64,000 nt of DNA from Amphiscolops sp. MND2022 (lineage: Eukaryota), in contig OZ076418.1 in the NCBI GenBank assembly GCA_964187785.1, forward strand, positions 35,402,001 to 35,466,000, given 5' to 3'. A program made the translations under genes and the position numbers. Positions 23,671-36,630 of the stretch are shown piece by piece; the first letter of the stretch is position 1; each line of letters begins with the position of its first letter. The notes under the pieces are model-generated. The model was not told where the DNA came from. It ran no database searches and was given only the letters and a program-made list of their open reading frames with translations.

Positions 23671-26600
23671 CAATGATTGGGCATGACATTCCTTCAGGAT
23701 CGAATTACGCATTTGGAGTTCATGCGTCCACCTCTGATTATGTTTGCGGCTTTGAAAAACAACCACATTACCATGTTCTTTTAGAGTGCGATTCCAATAA
23801 TAGAAAAGGTTACAATTTACCCTGCCTCTATTCAACTTTCTGTCTATTGTTGTCGGATTGTTCGAGTCTTGTCATGTAAGGTGAGATTATGAAACGTCTG
23901 CAGGTTGCAAAGCATTACAACGTAAAGGAAAACAAAACCTTGCTGGCTCAGGGTCGGCGCAAAGTTCCTCTTGTTCAAATCAGACGAGACAAAGGTGTTC
24001 AAACGGTTTTTTACCGGCTGCAACACTTAGCCGAATTCAGCAGTTGATTCAAGGTCCATCGGCTGCAACTTTGTGCAGAATAGACAAAGTTCTCATTGAC
24101 AAAAACGGATACGTCGACACTACTATTTTATATTTTTCGATTGACAACTTCAAAACTTTGTGAATTGCATAGTTTGAAATAAACTGCGGTATCAATACAA
24201 TCTCAAACCACAGTTTTTGTGTCAAAGTCAACAAATGGTTGGTAGAAAAATTTGTTTACAGGGCAAAATTGAGCCGTCAGGCTTCAGTAAATTTGATAAT
24301 TGTGTAGTGGCATTTTTGTATTGTCAGTAGTTCAATTGAACGTAGCCCATAACTTGTGTTACGAAACATTACAAACCATGAAAAAGTAGAAATAGAACTA
24401 CATGATTTACAGAAGAGTAGACTTCATACATGTAAAATTAGTTCAACACTTGTACTGTTTAGACAATGAGTCAGCTCAGATAGAGATAAAGTGTTCCAGG
24501 GTACAAGCGTGATTTATTCAAGAATATATACTCAATGATTAACACTGCAGTACATGCTTTTTATGCGTTTGCAAAAGTAAATCTTTTCAGCTTAGTCAAG
24601 CGGCTATTTGCAATCAATTCTTTCAAAACTCAACTCGAAAAGTCACCGTAGAGCAAAAACGCTGATAGAATGTGTCCACGCATACACATCATTGAATTTT
24701 GATTCTTCCTAATTCCAAAAGTGTTTAGTGGCAAGTAGAAATATTAGTTTTGAAGATCAAAAATCAATTTAGAGTAGAAATACAGAACAACCAATTTGTC
24801 TTTTTCGAAATTTGATCTCTGCTGAACAATTGGGCACATTCTTCATTTTATCAGCAGCTGTGCTACCATGAAACCACCAATGTAGACTTTCACTGCTGTG
24901 TGTGGTAACTCGCGGTTCCCATTTTACGAAACTTGGTTCAACAAAACAATAGCAATAGTTGAAGAAGTATGGTGTGAGGACGTTTGGTCGATAAAAAGCT
25001 CAGTTTCAATCCCAAAAGACTTGTTCATTCTGCTTAGAGCTGAGTGTATATTGGGAATTAATCCAAGCTTCTTCAATTCATTGGACACTGTAGAAAACCT
25101 ATTCACTACAAAAAATAGTTTATGATCGTTTCGAGTTGCCGTATGGTGTGCGACAGCTTCTGGTTGACTGTCGAAATATACCCTTTTCGGAGAATCAGCT
25201 CGGTTGCATGACGGACTTGGAAAGTTTAGAACGGTACTGGGATATTGCGAGTTCCCCTGAATCACCACAAGAAGCTTCACGTTCTCTGTCGCCAACGATT
25301 GCCGACACAATTCAAGAGCAAATTGCTAGTGACAGTCCAATCAAATCAGAAACTAGCCCAGTTAAGGAATGCCCGCCAGCGCCAAAGAAGTATAGAGTTG
25401 AAAAATTCAAAAGGCGGCATTTGAAATATCTAAGCTTGATCTCGCAGACGTTTAACAAACTTATAATGTGATGTTTTATAATTTGTTTCATTATTGTTCA
25501 ATTCATTGCTTGAATTTTGACATTCAAGTCATTGTGTAATAAACTTTTCTACAGTCTTTTCCCTAATGCCTAGCTTGATAACCTCACAAAAGTAAATTTG
25601 GGCTATTTTGAGTATAAACATCTATTAAGGTTGATACGAAAAAAAATATTGCAGCTTGTCTCAACAAGCAGACAGTGAGTGAGGAAAAAACAACAATAGC
25701 CAAGCCTTGATGGTAAACAAGCCTTTACTTATAATCACTCTTCTAGGTAAAGCCAACTCTTTTCAGAAAACGAAAAATGATTGAGAAATCTTTTGATAAG
25801 TTATCTTCACAATGTCCATTTGAAGTCATCCCTTTTCAGACTTTTGTCGTTGAATACGAACTCCAATACGGAACCTTGATTGTTTTTCGAAGAATTGGTC
25901 GATGGTCTCGGTTAAAATTGAGTTTTTCATTGCTCGGTCGACGCGGTATCCAGCTGCAGTGATTTTCATTTGTCTCCTGAAAGTTTTTTCATCTTTTCTC
26001 TTGACGTTTTCCAAGTACACTGACAAGATGAAAGGGCCTTTTAACTCCCTTTTGTTTGGATCCACCAATTCTACTGTCTCCGAATCTTGTCTCCCCCATT
26101 GGCTCCAGGATAGGTTTGAACGTTACCTCAATTTCGCCCACGTGTTCACACTGTAGGTTGAAGCAAGACTTTGCAAGAGTTTTACTATCGACACACAATT
26201 CAGGTTCTTGCTCACTAACGATAACAGCTGCGAAGGCCTTGAGGTGCGCGAACGCTTCCTTGTCAGTTTTTATTATAGCCATGCACTCTCTAATACAAGT
26301 ATTTGTCAAAATGGGTGTGCAAAAACCCACAGTCGAGTCCAAATGAATATCGCATAAATTTGTGTGTAGATCACCAGGCATTATCTGAAGTACAGCAGAA
26401 CCTTTTGTACCTACTATTTATGGTTCAACCATGATCTTTAAAACTTTTGGCCACGAAAATTTAATTCCGTACCTTCAATTTGAGTCCGAACGAATTTTGA
26501 TACCCATTTTTCAGTTTACCAGTGAATCGAGGTGACAAGGTCTTTTCAAAAAATATCTTTCTCAGATTTACATTATAATAACACTTTGTCTGTGCTGAAA

Positions 26601-27036
26601 ATGTAAGTCAAGGCGATCTGGAAAGCAATTGAGGTTCAAGAAGCTCAATTTTGCCCTGTAAACAAATTTTTCTACCAAGCACTTGCTGCTTTGACACAAA
26701 AACTGTGGTTTGAGAGTGTATTGATCCCGCAGTTTATTTCAAACTGTGCAATTCGCAAAGTTTTGAAACTGTCAATCGAAAAATATAAATTAGTAGTGTC
26801 GACGTATCCGTTTTTGTCAATGAGAACTTTGTCTATTCTGTACAAAGTTGCAGCCGATGGACCTTGAATCAACTGCTGAATTCGGCTAAGTGTTGCAGCC
26901 GGTAAAAAACCGTTTGAACACCTTTGTCTCGTCTGATTTGAACAAGAGGAACTTTGCGCCGACCCTGAGCCAGCAAGGTTTTGTTTTCCTTCACGTTGTA
27001 CTGCTTTGCAACCTGCAGACGTTTCATAATCTCACC

Positions 27037-27330
27037 TTAAATGACAACACTCGAACAATCCGACAACAATAGACAGAAAGTTGAATAGAGGCAGGGTAAA
27101 TTGTAACCTTTTCTATTATTGGAATCGCACTCTAAAAGAACATGGTATTGTGGTTGTTTTTCAAAGCCGGAAACATAATCAGAGGTGGATGCATGAACTC
27201 CAAATGCGTAATTCGATCCTGAAGGAATGTCATGCCCAATCATTGGTTCCTTTTTCAACACCACATATTGAAATATTTTCCCATATTGTTTGAGAAAATC
27301 CGGATGCCGTTCATGCATTGCTTCCACCAT
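27037..27330 (-). CDS. Short ORF with a possible HUH (rolling-circle Rep-like) motif; the left-arm copy is split by the solo LTR
   Basis: QPHYHVLLEC in the left arm (23760-23790) and QPQYHVLLEC in this copy. Only the motif-2-like segment is recognisable. Confidence 0.35.
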   Translation of the reverse strand: MVEAMHERHPDFLKQYGKIFQYVVLKKEPMIGHDIPSGSNYAFGVHASTSDYVSGFEKQPQYHVLLECDSNNRKGYNLPCLYSTFCLLLSDCSSVVI

Positions 27331-28192
27331 GTTTTGTCTACAAAAAAACTGTGAAAGAATAGTTGATACAATCACTTCAAATCGATAAAAGAAACACAAA
27401 AAAGTTGCTTTGAACACGGATATATCGTTGCATGAGACAACTCGAGTTTCAAGATGCTTGCATATTCTTGATAAACGCCATCAAAACATTTTTTTACCTA
27501 AAAACGTTCGGAAAAGGATGTTTTCCACCAAAGTAGCTATAAAAAATAAAGCTGTTAACAAAATGATTTTCGGGTAGATATACACGAAGTGTTTTCAATA
27601 CCCAATACTACCCCGAACAAAAAAAATGGGATGATAGAACTAAATTAAAAACTCACGAGATGAAAAAAGAAGTTCATATCGAACATATTTTGTTTCATTC
27701 TAGTTGAAGATTGAACAAAAGTATCGAAGTGAGACAAAACGTGCGGTTTAGCTGAAAAATGAATAGTTCAACAACGTACAGAGATTGCAACGAGATTGAA
27801 ATTGAATAAAGCACAGTGAAAAAAATTAAATCAATGATTACTTTTAAAGACAGGCACAGATCGGAAAGCATAGGGGAAGGGAACAAAAACATTAGATCAA
27901 AAGTAAACATTATTCAATACGTTACTGCGATAGAGCGTGGAGGAGGAAAGGAAAAAAAGCAAAGGGAACAAAAACGACACACTTTTCAAAATATTGTTAT
28001 GGAAAGTTTAGTTTAAAAAAACAGCGCCGAAAAAGAAGAAAGCAATATAGCAGTTTACATCAAACAAAAAGCTTTATAGAATTAAAAAACATTCGAAAAA
28101 CTATGATTCATGGATCGAACGACAGACTAAAACTAGAAACAAAAACAAAACTTGTCTGTTGTAATTACTCTTGAAGTGAGTTGTAAGGCCTT

Positions 28193-28547
28193 TCATTCCT
28201 TCTTATCAGCAGGTTTTTGCTTCTTAACCTCAGCACCCTTCGTATCGCTTTGAGCAATCCTTTTGTTGAATTTTTTCTCCCCCATACTACTTCCTGGATT
28301 GGGAGGGCCCATGTTAATGTTTTCCACATTCTCTATCCCCACATTCCACATTCCCCACTCTCTGTTGCAGGCGATACTCATCTTTATCCACTTTTTTCTT
28401 GAAGAGTTTGATGTTGATGTAGGTGATGCCACTGTTTTTATAGGTGTTTGTCGTCACACGAACAAGTCGTTTTTCAGATGAAGCCACATCACAATGGGTG
28501 TCTCCAAACTCGAGATCTTTTGAGAATGTGAGAGAACTGAAAGTCAT
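28193..28547 (-). pseudogene. Second, frameshifted copy of the PC4-like ORF
   Basis: Inverted duplicate of 20364-20735 with indels. Confidence 0.55.
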
Positions 28548-29789
28548 GGCTGATTTTTGATATATTTTGACGGGTGATTATGCTGTGCTACCGATGATCT
28601 CAAGACAAAAGTCTGAAACAAATTGAGAACATACTTAAAAAAGAAGAAGTACTAAGAAGAAGTAAACCGAAGCGCGGTGATACTTGATACAACAGAGAAC
28701 TTGTCCTAGACTAAACAATGTTCATCTGACACAAACTTTTGAAAAAATCAGAATAGCTTTGTATTTTTTTCAGGTGCAAAAACTCATGAACGTTTTGAAA
28801 CAAGATATCAATGCTTGAAACAGAGACAAGACCTCAAAATTCAAATCATTTCCTTTCTCTTGTTCATCGTGAACAAGTTTAGTATGGTTTTTTTGTTTTG
28901 GTCGAGCCGACCGGATGCAAAATTGATATTGGATCAATAGATATGTATTTGCCAATTCCAGATTGAATGAATAGAGCGACCTGCTGTGTAAACATAAAAG
29001 CAACGCCGATCCTTTGTATTAGTAATTATTTATTAAACAGTAGCTTCAATAGTTGTGTCCTGAGTGTCATTGATTTCCGTGGTTGTAAATTCCAGATTGG
29101 AAAAACAGAGCGACACGCTGCGTAAACATGAAATCGACGTTGGTCTTTTGTACATGTGATTAATCCTTAAACAGTAGCTTCAATAGCGTGTCCCGCGTGG
29201 CATTTGTTTTTAACGTCAGTCAAACAATCAGAAAATAATTAAGCAAACAGACTCTGCAGAGCGCGACGCTGGATAAGATCAAAAGCGGTACCATCACAGT
29301 ATGTGTGAATGTTTGGTACAGCTGTTGAACGTGAGTCAGCTTGTTTAGTGAAGTTTTTGCGTACTCAACTTGACTTGCTTCAGAGTTGCTTTTATAACTG
29401 ACAAATGTTGTCAGTCTCATGTTGTTGAGATGGCATGACTAATGAAAAAAGCAAAGTATATTCATCCAGAAGTCTAGGTAATTCTCGGCATCAAGGAAAA
29501 GATAACTAGCCGAAAGCTCTAAATCCATGTAAAATTTTAGACTTTGCGGACTTTGTGAATAGATCTCTAGACATTGGGAAATACTTGACTATGTAGAAAT
29601 CTAGAGAAAAATTACAGGTGATTTACCGTAAATTCTGTCCGATAGGTACTACCATTTGGGTCGCAAACGTTGCTTCAAAAGATACTCCTCGATCCCTCGT
29701 TTCCAGAAATGCTGGGTTATATTCGTACTAGCTTCCAAGTTTTCAGGGAGCTCACTTTAAAATTTTGAAGTTTCTAGAAAATTGATGCC

Positions 29790-30470
29790 TGAGCTAAGAT
29801 TCGATGAACACGGTCGTATAGGACCTATATTCGATATATCTTTCAAAATACAGTATCATACTATAGGTCTAAAGTAGCTAAGGCGTGATGAACACATTTG
29901 TAGAGGCCTCATATTTGACCTATCTTTCATCATACAGTACCATATTATACGTCTAAAATAGCTAATATTCGTTGGACATTGTCGTATAGGACCTGTATTC
30001 GACCTATCTTTCAAGATACAGTACCGTACTATAGGTCTAAAGTAGCTAAGATTCCAAAAACACATTTGTATAGGCCTCGTATTTGATCTATCTTTCATCA
30101 TACAGTACAATATTATACGTCTAAAGTAGCTAATATCCGACGGACACGGTCGTGTGGGACCTGTATTTGACCTAACTTTTAAAATACAGTACCGTCTTTT
30201 AGGTCCAATGTAGCTAAAATTCGATGAACACATTTGTGTAGGATTTTTATTTGATCTATTTTTCAAAATGGAGTACCATACTATAGGTCTAATGTTGCTG
30301 ATATTCCTTGAACAAACTTGTTTTGGCCACATATTTGATCTATCTTTGATCTTACAGTAACATACTAAAGGTCTAAAGTTGGTAACATACGATGAACACA
30401 TTTGAATAGGCCTCATTTTCGATCTAACTTTCAATATACAGGACCATACAATAGGTCTAAAGTAGCTAAG
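29790..30470 (-). repeat. 84-bp minisatellite (~8 units), uninterrupted copy
   Basis: Reverse complement of the arrays at 762-1167 and 45905-46195. Contains the empty site of the DNA transposon (30194-30195). Confidence 0.9.
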
Positions 30471-31358
30471 AAATTGAACACAATGAAACCTAGTAACCCT
30501 GGGCATATGGAATTTATTCTCCAGTTAGACGAAAACAATGCAGGACTGTACAGCCCATTTGATTTCAGAATAGTATCGATACAGCTTTTTCAAAGATCAG
30601 AGAACAAGTAACTTGATTCATCTTCGCTTGATTTACACGATATGACCTGGGGGTAATTTGATCTAAGTCTAATTGACTACTATCTGTTTTACTTTTGGCT
30701 TAAAAATACAGTACTAAAATTGGCGCAGTGGATGTAAAAAAAACCTGCAATTGATCATACACTGTTACACTGGGCCACACGATACCCAAGAATTGGGACG
30801 AGAAGCAGGACAAGGGTTTGAAGTTTTGATAGCGTGAACTGTTTCTCTTGAAAACCCAAAACTCGGTGATTTCACAAGGGGATATCTTTGATCTTGTGTT
30901 CTAATTAACTGAAAAACTAAACGCTTGGAAGCTTAGAATATGAGACGAATAGTATCAGTGGTAGACAGCCGACTGGTAAAGTTTCGCTTGATTGGTACAA
31001 GAATCTTGCCATTTACAGCCTAAAACTAGACAAATAAAAATGAACCAAGATTTGTTAAGGTCTTAGAGTTCTATGTATTTCGACCCTTTTGCTCAGTATG
31101 GACTTCTGTAAAATGCACAACTTGCTTCCTATCGAACCGCACAATGCGGCCTAGAATCCAGTCAGTTATCCAACCAGCGGAATTAAATGAGATTACAAGT
31201 CAGTCATGGACACTCTTGAATTTGGGTTTCTCATTTCCGATGAATGGCTCCCGGTGGAATGAGGGGGGGGGGGGTGCTCAAGCACTAATACTACTGCAAA
31301 AGCTGACTTCGCATAAACTTCAATTAGTATATATAGGTCGTATTTTGACTGTTGGGAA

Positions 31359-31431
31359 GGTCTCGTGACATAGTGGTTAGAGTCTTTGATTTTCATCCCT
31401 GAGGTCCCCGGTTCGAATCCGGGATTTGGCA
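31359..31431 (+). ncRNA. tRNA-derived Pol III-type unit (not a functional tRNA) near the Polinton-like terminus
   Basis: A-box-like TGACATAGTGG, B box with perfect T-arm CCCGG-TTCGAAT-CCGGG, and T5 at 31435-31439. Acceptor and anticodon stems do not pair. Confidence 0.6.
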
Positions 31432-32479
31432 AAATTTTTACAAACTAACCCACCCCCCCTAAATTCGGCCACCATATATAAAATCAAACTACTACGGGGC
31501 TCAAAAGTTAAACAAAACTTGTTTCAGAAAGAATGTATTGAAGACTATCAACCTTTTTAGGAAATATTGTGTTTTTTGTGGATTTGTTGCAATTCACGGC
31601 TATTGATTCCCAACGTTGCATGACAAGCAAGAATTTGCGTTCATTGATTCTAAAAACAGCTTCATGATTATGTCAATAGTGCATTACCTCAATATTCGAT
31701 GTATTTGTTCTCAGGGCTACGTATTTGAGTGATATATATCAATGATCAGGTAGTCACAATACTCCCCGCTCATTCGGCCTACACCCAGTATTTTTATTAG
31801 AACACTTTTGTAAGAACACCAGACTCCGAACGTCAAAAATTTTTAGGGACACCACAGACGCTGAATTTGAAAATTAATTGGAAAATACTTTGAATTACAA
31901 ATCAACATAAAAAAATCATCAACAAAACACATCCAATTTCAGAAGGACTAATATAGTCAATTGTTTTTTTTCGGTAGTTAGTTTTATATTTCTGTGGGGT
32001 TTTGTTGTAGTATGTGATTTTTAATACGAGCCAACTATTACCATGAAGAGCCAATTGGAGCGGTTCACACACTGGTCACTTGTATCGCACACTCAACTCT
32101 ATCACGCGTGGATGTGAAAATTTAAGCCTCGGGTTTCTTGAAGTTAAGAATACCTCGAGCTTCAATTTGTAGAAAATGTAAGAACATTTTGAGCCTCATT
32201 TTGGCGGATATTTAAAACCAATTGACCCTCGAATTGTGTTCTTTTGAAAAACTACGTGTAATACAAACATTCACACAATTTACTTCGAGGTTCCGCAGCA
32301 ACAATGCATGTTGAATTCTAATTAGGGACAATCAGAATTTTATCAGTAGTGCACAGTGAACAAAAAGCGTCGAAAACTTGTTTTAAACACTTGATGTTTA
32401 CCTACGTAGAAGGGTCTAGGCTTGAACCAGCTCTCAGTTGTTCAGTTTGATTTATGAGCTGAAACTGAAAATGAATGTT

Positions 32480-34270
32480 GTGTTTTTGAAGTTGAATTTT
32501 CGGATAAAACTATTGTTCTCTGCATTGTGTACCGGATTGAAAATTTTCGTCAATCGCAATTATTCTCTGAGTTCGAGGAATTGCTTTAAGAGCTGAAGGC
32601 ATTCAAAGAAGAGACTACTTTATTTGGCCACTTCAATATAGATACTTTGCAAGATAGTCCAGATAAAATGAAATATGAGTCACTGCTTGCTGCCTATATT
32701 TTCCAGATCCGAAATTTTGAGCCCGCACACGTAACTCCCAAGACTGAAACATGCCTAGACCATTTCATATCTAATAAAATTATTTTCAACTGAAATATTG
32801 AAAACAACGATAAGCGACCACTATTCTGTTTTGTTAAAAAAATCCGGATGCAGAAAAAGGTAGGCTTGATGATACTTTCAGTATGCGGACTTTGAAGGAA
32901 TTGAAGGGGTGAAAGCCCATCAAATTTTCTGTTCGTGCTGGATCAAAAATTGAACAAAATTCTGTTGAAATTGGATATTGAAAACCTGAAACTTCTACTC
33001 CTAATATTATTGTCTAAAATGTGAATAACTTTCCCCCGAACGATGTCATCATCCAAACAATACTCCTGACAGTTGGGTTAAAAATAGCGTAAAAAATGTC
33101 ATAAACAACCAAGGTAAAATGTTCCAATAAATGTCTGAAATCCAACCGATGATAATCATCGTTTATATGAGAAACAACGCAATAATGTCACCACGATTTT
33201 TCGTAAGGCCAAACGAGAAAACCATTTGAAAAAACATGGCAGAAATGCAACAGCTAAAACAAAAAACAAAGCATTGAAAACACATAAAAACTATGTCCTT
33301 AGGTTCCAGGATTACCCAGAACTAGCTTGAACAAACAAATCACTACTTCAGGGTCGCGTCTGTCATTCAAGTTACCTATGAAAAACTTGACTTTCAACAT
33401 GTCAGCTAACGAAGTTTCTATGGTCATTTTCCTCACTGACGAACTAGGATTCGGGAAAAATATCTCAAAGATGAAAAACAAGAAAAGTCAAGGACATGAG
33501 GGTATTAGTAGTGAAATCCTCAATGCTGTTCGTCAATAGTTGGACCTTATCTAGCTGTTGCTTTCAACAGAGCAATAGGAAACGAAAAGGTCCAAGTACG
33601 TTTAAATTTTGCAAAAAAATTCCACTATTCAAAGAGGGCGATAGAGCTAAATTGAAAAACTCCCGACCGATTAGTTTATTGAGTTCTCCTAGCAAAGTTC
33701 CCTGTATCGACGAATGATCAATTTCTGTCAAAGATATAAATAATTTACATTTGCACAATTTGGTTTTCGATCGAAAAAAATGTATGCTGATGCAAAAACA
33801 CGTCATGGAGTACATGTCGGATGAGATTGATAAAAAGTGTCTGGGACATGCTTGTTTTATAGATCCACAGAAAGCGTTTGATACACTTGATCATGATATC
33901 TTACTGACAACATTGTCTGAATATGGTTTTGGAGGTGAAGTCAATAACCTTCTGAGGAGCTATTTAGGTGACCGAGTTTAACACATCAGTGTATCACGTG
34001 AAACTACCAGCTGTCAAAAAACTGAAACGGTCGTACCAAAAGTGTCAATTCTACGGCCATTATTGTTTATACTTTACATCATAGATTTAACGAAAAGTGA
34101 TAACAACTGCAAGATAGCACCTTTTGCAGAGGACACCATTATATTGAATACGAATCAGTAAAACGAGACAGGGATTCAACAACACTATAACGAGTTAATC
34201 AATTGGTACACAGCGAACAAACTCTCTGTTAATCTGGATGAATGTGAAATCTGGCCTTTCGGTTCAGGAA
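32480..34270 (+). pseudogene. Decayed L2/CR1-type LINE ORF2 (APE endonuclease + RT)
   Basis: Endonuclease motifs IVYR, FGHFNID, TCLDH, ISDH. RT motifs RPISLLS, FIDPQKAFDTLDH, VPKVSILRPLLFILY, FAEDT, NKLSVN. Many stops and frameshifts. Confidence 0.85.
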
Positions 34271-36583
34271 AACCAGGGGAGGAGTCTAACCTATACCCAG
34301 GTAGACGAGACTGATTGCGGATTTTGGCTAGACCACTCAATTGAGATTTCGTGACAGTACAGACTATCCTTGTACTTGTGATATTTTACGTTTGATCACA
34401 AGTTTATTGATCACAAGATATTTACGTTTGAAGTTTATTGTTCAGTGCGTAGAGCTAACTAGTTGGTCCGATAACGGTGTAACAACTGTCACTAGTTAAA
34501 ATGGGGGGCAGAGGTTTGAGTAGGTAGGGTGCACCTGGTGATTCAAGGAAAACATTCCCACACGTTACAAAAAAAACAAGCTTTCGCAATTATACGTAAC
34601 AGGATAATACGATCTAGAGGGGCTGCCCACTAGCTACCGAAACCTAAATTCACACGTAGATAAAGTAGGTTCACACCTGAAACAACTTTGAAATAACGTT
34701 TGGGATGGTTTACATGTTTTGACATGTAGAGCAAGGTATCAGTCTTCAGTCATTAGATAGAGTTACCGTGTTTTGTGTTTTTGTCTCAGCTTCTTTTTAA
34801 AAAAGTGAGTGCCTCGTGCACACGCTTGAAACGTAGGAATGAGTTGGAAATGGGCCATGAAAAGTCATCCAAACTGATGTACACGGATTTAAACGCCGAT
34901 TTTGGCCAAAGCGACGTTTTCAAAATTCAGCGCAGTACAGACGATCTGTTCTAGTGTGTTACCTTGTGCACTGTTTTTAATCTACATTTCAAGATCCCGA
35001 TTTACTGGGAGAAGCTATCAAGCTATACGGCAACGATAGAACAGCCAGCCGAGGGTACAATGAGAGGCAGAAAATTGGCTCTATCCTTTGATTTGGGTCG
35101 CCAGGCTAGTTCGAAAAACTTCGGAAAAATGCCTTTTTGCGAACCTTTTTGTGTGATCTGTTTTTGTCACTTTTTCAACTAGAAAGTTACCAAACGACAA
35201 CAAACTTCGAAGCCATTGTCACCGGGTGGAACGAGGCTAGTGAAAAGGTCAAATGGGAGCACAGATGCTCCGTTGATGTTCCAATCACGAACAGATACAG
35301 ATAAATTGGCCAAAGGTTCACTCTAAGGAACGTTACGGCAGGCAAAACATGGTCAATGTGTTGTCCCAGTGGTCATAGCACTGAACTTCGCCCCCGATTA
35401 GCTGTTCCCGTTAGTTTAAAGGCACTGTTGGAAACTTTTGGCTTCTTTCGCTCATTCTGAGGTCGAAACGTCACAGAATTTTTCTCGAAGGCTGACAACA
35501 TCCTCTGTGCAAACGTTTATTTTGGTGGCAATTAGAAAAAATAACCCCTTTTTTGGTGGTCTTAGGATATCTAGGAGCCAACACAAACGTTTAAAAAACT
35601 CTAGACTGACTCTCCTACACACATCGTTTTTACTGTTTGAGATTTTATGCTTCGAGTTACCAAAAACATTGAGCGCCCAAAGGATTTTAATAAAGTACTC
35701 GGACACTCCTGAAACAAGTCGAAAATGAAGTTTTTCAAATACTTTGTCTCGCTAGGAAGACGTGGCGAACCATCTCAGAGTTTATTATCTGTGCCGTCGA
35801 GCTAACAGCAGCACAGGAGGGATTATTACATCAATTTTTCTCCCAGTAACAACTTTGTGTGTCTTGTGTTGCTAAAACAACAAAAAGCCCTTTTTTATCA
35901 TAAAAAGCCTCTGAAATAGTGCTCTATCGGCTTTTTTGATTCCTATTGCATTGAAAATCAAACCTATGAAAGTTGTAAGCTACATTTTATCAAGTTAGCT
36001 GTGGCTGATCCCAGCGCGCTTGTGCTCGTACTAACAAAAATTTCAAAAATGCCTAAGGTGACGTTCTAGATACTTGTGCGCTAAGAATCGCTTTTCTCAA
36101 GGAAAATAGGTTCAAAAGCACATACTGAGTTGCAATAGGGAAAACTAGCATGACCATATATTTCCCAAAAGCATTACAGTGCATAGGCAAGCTATTTTGA
36201 TGCTTTTCGTGGAATCAGGGACCCGAAATTTGAAGAAAGTTGTGGAATTGATGGTGAGGGTGTCTTGGATTCCACGCCATTACTGCTGCTATTGTTTTCA
36301 TGGCCATTAAACAATGAATGCTAATTTGGTGGAAACCAGGATACTAAAGTCCGATTTAAATATTGACGTACTATCTCCTTTGGTAGTTGTTTCCTTACAG
36401 TTCAAGATATCTATGTGGTTTCCACGACGTATGTATAAAGATTTAGTTTTACATTCCAAAGTTGTTTTCACGGCCACTGAACAATGAAGGCTTTTTAGGT
36501 GGCAAATTTAGTCCATCATATCTTTGGTGCGAACAAAAAGCCGGCCTATTAGTATACTAATATGAAAAAAGATTTTATGATAA

Positions 36584-36630
36584 TTTGGTCCCAATCGTGA
36601 GTAAAAAAAATACTCACGATTGGGACCAAA
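36584..36630. repeat. Perfect 20-bp inverted repeat with a 7-nt A loop
   Basis: TTTGGTCCCAATCGTGAGTA-AAAAAAA-TACTCACGATTGGGACCAAA. Confidence 0.9.

Larger units (their letters stand above)
19421..24274 (+). repeat. Inner part of the left inverted arm of the Polinton-like element (interrupted by a solo LTR)
   Basis: 19421-21664 and 23671-24274 are the reverse complement of ~26643-29596. Homology stops at GGGCAAAATTGAGC (24274 / 26643). Confidence 0.9.
26643..31493 (-). repeat. Right inverted arm (~4.85 kb) of the Polinton/Maverick-like element, free of the three large insertions
   Basis: Reverse complement of 44484-46195 + 762-1365 + 19421-21664 + 23671-24274. Ends ...CAAACTACT, followed by ACGGGG (31494-31499). 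Confidence 0.85.

Noticed and set aside
31359-31431. Functional tRNA genes (also 44545-44617 and 53556-53628)
   Set aside because: Acceptor and/or anticodon stems do not pair; kept only as tRNA-derived units.
34290-36570. Possible gene or element between the LINE and the BEL insertion
   Set aside because: Only short ORFs with no motifs, and no boundaries recognised.
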